In this document: one piece after another, positions 31,001 through 32,141 of the stretch
How the letters are laid out: each line of letters begins with the position of its first letter
Numbering within the stretch: the stretch's first letter is position 1
Assembly (NCBI GenBank): GCA_943349555.1
Contig: CALQZK010000002.1
Span: 1-32,141 of the forward strand
Direction: 5' to 3'
Length of the DNA stretch: 32,141 bases
Source: Candidatus Nomurabacteria bacterium
GTDB lineage: Bacteria; Patescibacteriota; Minisyncoccia; Phycocordibacterales; PALSA-1337
Made by a program: the position numbers and the translations under genes
The notes under the pieces: model-generated
What the model saw: only the letters and a program-made list of their open reading frames with translations
Database searches by the model: none
What the model was told of the DNA's origin: nothing

Positions 31001-31780
31001 ATGTCTACCCAATACAACGTCACGTTAGTGACTGGCCCAGCTGGTGGTGGAAAATCAACACTAATTAAACTATTACGGCATAATGTGACAGATGATCCGC
31101 GAAGGATTGTGAATATTGATTCCAGCAAGTGTCTGGAAAACAGCCGAAATTATGCAAGTGCAACCGGCCTCAGACTCATGAACTTATTGGAAGACCAAGC
31201 TGAGGGTAGGCTCCTACCTGCAAAACTAGTGGTGCAGTCGGTAATGGAGAATTTGGAATGGATAAGACAAAGACGAATCGAGGTACTCCACTATCTTATA
31301 GCAGGATGTCCACGCACCCAAGAAGAAGTTCAGGAATGGATTAGGATTTCCAGGGGTGGAGGTATCACCTTCCGAGTCCTCATCATTAACTGCACAAAAG
31401 AACAACTTCGCCAAGGCATCGAAAGCCGAATCAATCAGGGAATCACTCGAGCGGACGACAATGCGATTGAACAGCGCTGGAATGAGTACCTAACCAAGAC
31501 TCGAACGATTCAGGATATATTAAAGAACGATATGTTCGCAAATACATCCAGATCAGATACATTGGTGGAAAGGCTGAGGACCCTAGTCAATCTGATGGAT
31601 ATACCTAGTAACGTCAGGAGTAGGTGGATGCGTCGTCTGGATGAGAAAACTCACCCGGTCCACAGAGAAATCCAGAATATTGAATCTGGCAACATTTCTC
31701 TGCCAATCCAAGTTCCTGCAAGAAAATCCTTCCGCCCTCTGGAATATTCCAGTATGCAACAGCATCGGGTTGCCTTCTAA
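31001..31780 (+). CDS. Divergent adenylate-kinase-like P-loop NMP kinase with about 70-aa C-terminal extension
   Basis: GPAGGGKST (P-loop), LIAGCPRTQEEVQEW (compare Adk DGFPRT..QA), RADDNAIEQRWNEYLTKT (compare Adk R.DDN.E.I..RL..Y...T). No LID zinc motif. The C-terminal 70 aa is unassigned. Confidence 0.6.
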   Translation: MSTQYNVTLVTGPAGGGKSTLIKLLRHNVTDDPRRIVNIDSSKCLENSRNYASATGLRLMNLLEDQAEGRLLPAKLVVQSVMENLEWIRQRRIEVLHYLIAGCPRTQEEVQEWIRISRGGGITFRVLIINCTKEQLRQGIESRINQGITRADDNAIEQRWNEYLTKTRTIQDILKNDMFANTSRSDTLVERLRTLVNLMDIPSNVRSRWMRRLDEKTHPVHREIQNIESGNISLPIQVPARKSFRPLEYSSMQQHRVAF

Positions 31781-31801
31781 ACACTCGTAGTTTTAACGAC
31801 A

Positions 31802-31835
31802 AAATGCGGCTGAGCCTTCGGGTTTGGCCGCATTT
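31802..31835. terminator. Bidirectional rho-independent terminator between convergent genes
   Basis: A 15-bp stem (with three G-T wobbles), AAATGCGGCTGAGCC-TTCG-GGTTTGGCCGCATTT. It is followed by GATTT on the plus strand and by a T then GTCGTT on the minus strand. Confidence 0.7.
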
Positions 31836-31849
31836 GATTTACAATTCAT

Positions 31850-32141
31850 TTATATATCCTTCCTCTTCGCTTTCGCCCTATCCGTATTAGTTAAAAACTT
31901 CTTTCGTAGACGCACATTCAGAGGAGTGATTTCCAGATACTCATCTTCACGCATTGTCTCCAGTCCCTTTTCAATATCAATTTTCCAAGCTGGAGTCAGC
32001 ATAATATGTTCATCATTTCCCGAAGATCGCATATTGCTCATGGCCTTACCTTTACATGGATTGACTTCCATATCCTCGCCTTTAGAGACATCGCCGACAA
32101 CCATTCCTTCATAAATTTCTGTAGTAGGTTCCACAAAGATG
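31850..32141 (-). CDS. typA: Translational GTPase TypA/BipA, C-terminal fragment (5' end beyond window)
   Basis: IFVEPTTEIYEGMVVGDVSKGEDMEVNPCKGKAMSNMRSSGNDEHIMLTP...LEITPLNVRLRKK matches the BipA C-terminal domain. The frame is open to the window edge. Confidence 0.85.
   Translation of the reverse strand, partial: IFVEPTTEIYEGMVVGDVSKGEDMEVNPCKGKAMSNMRSSGNDEHIMLTPAWKIDIEKGLETMREDEYLEITPLNVRLRKKFLTNTDRAKAKRKDI

Noticed and set aside
31824-32114. 96-aa plus-strand ORF.
   Set aside because: It is antisense to the typA/bipA C-terminal region, which has clear homology. Its hydrophobic, S/F-rich translation is typical of a shadow frame.
1-32141. Scan for CRISPR arrays, rRNA, tRNA, transposases or integrases, and an alternative genetic code (UGA recoding as in some CPR lineages).
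   Set aside because: I saw no regularly spaced direct repeats and no rRNA- or tRNA-like sequences; noncoding space is too small. I saw no DDE or tyrosine recombinase motifs. Conserved genes terminate at expected lengths on TAA, TAG and TGA (for example hisS and the exonuclease end in TGA), so the standard code fits.

Overview
This is a 32.1-kb window from a compact bacterial genome of about 40% GC (hand-sampled) that uses the standard genetic code. Small versions of core proteins and several fusions suggest a reduced-genome lineage such as CPR/Patescibacteria; this is inference only. I count about 30 protein genes and more than 90% coding sequence. I saw no rRNA, tRNA, CRISPR array, transposase or integrase. 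The backbone is information processing: rnhB, rpmF, a nusB-Nudix fusion, rnc, a short smc, rnr, rpsP-KH-trmD, rpoB-rpoC-dnaG-rpoD, hisS, truB and typA. There are two accessory patches. The first (nt 1-3100) holds a C5-methyltransferase fragment, a DUF45 peptidase, a dinB cut off from any start codon, a DUF2585 membrane protein, and a small HNH nuclease with a frameshifted or non-canonical 5' end. The second (nt 23168-27578) holds an EgtD-like methyltransferase remnant, a solitary MazF/PemK-like toxin, a 966-aa UvrD-type helicase fused to a Cas4/AddB-type Fe-S nuclease, and a higher-GC orphan ORF. The observations most worth follow-up are: (1) a recurring (TGn)TAnAAT-N4-8-start arrangement (N6 in the strongest cases) at about 10 genes, which implies leaderless mRNAs; (2) the NusB-Nudix fusion directly upstream of RNase III; (3) the prfB-like SD/stop arrangement at the HNH 5' end; (4) a hinge-less 738-aa SMC; (5) the toxin plus helicase-nuclease islet. 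I cannot show that any of these is a new system. All family calls come from motif recognition by eye, with no searches run.
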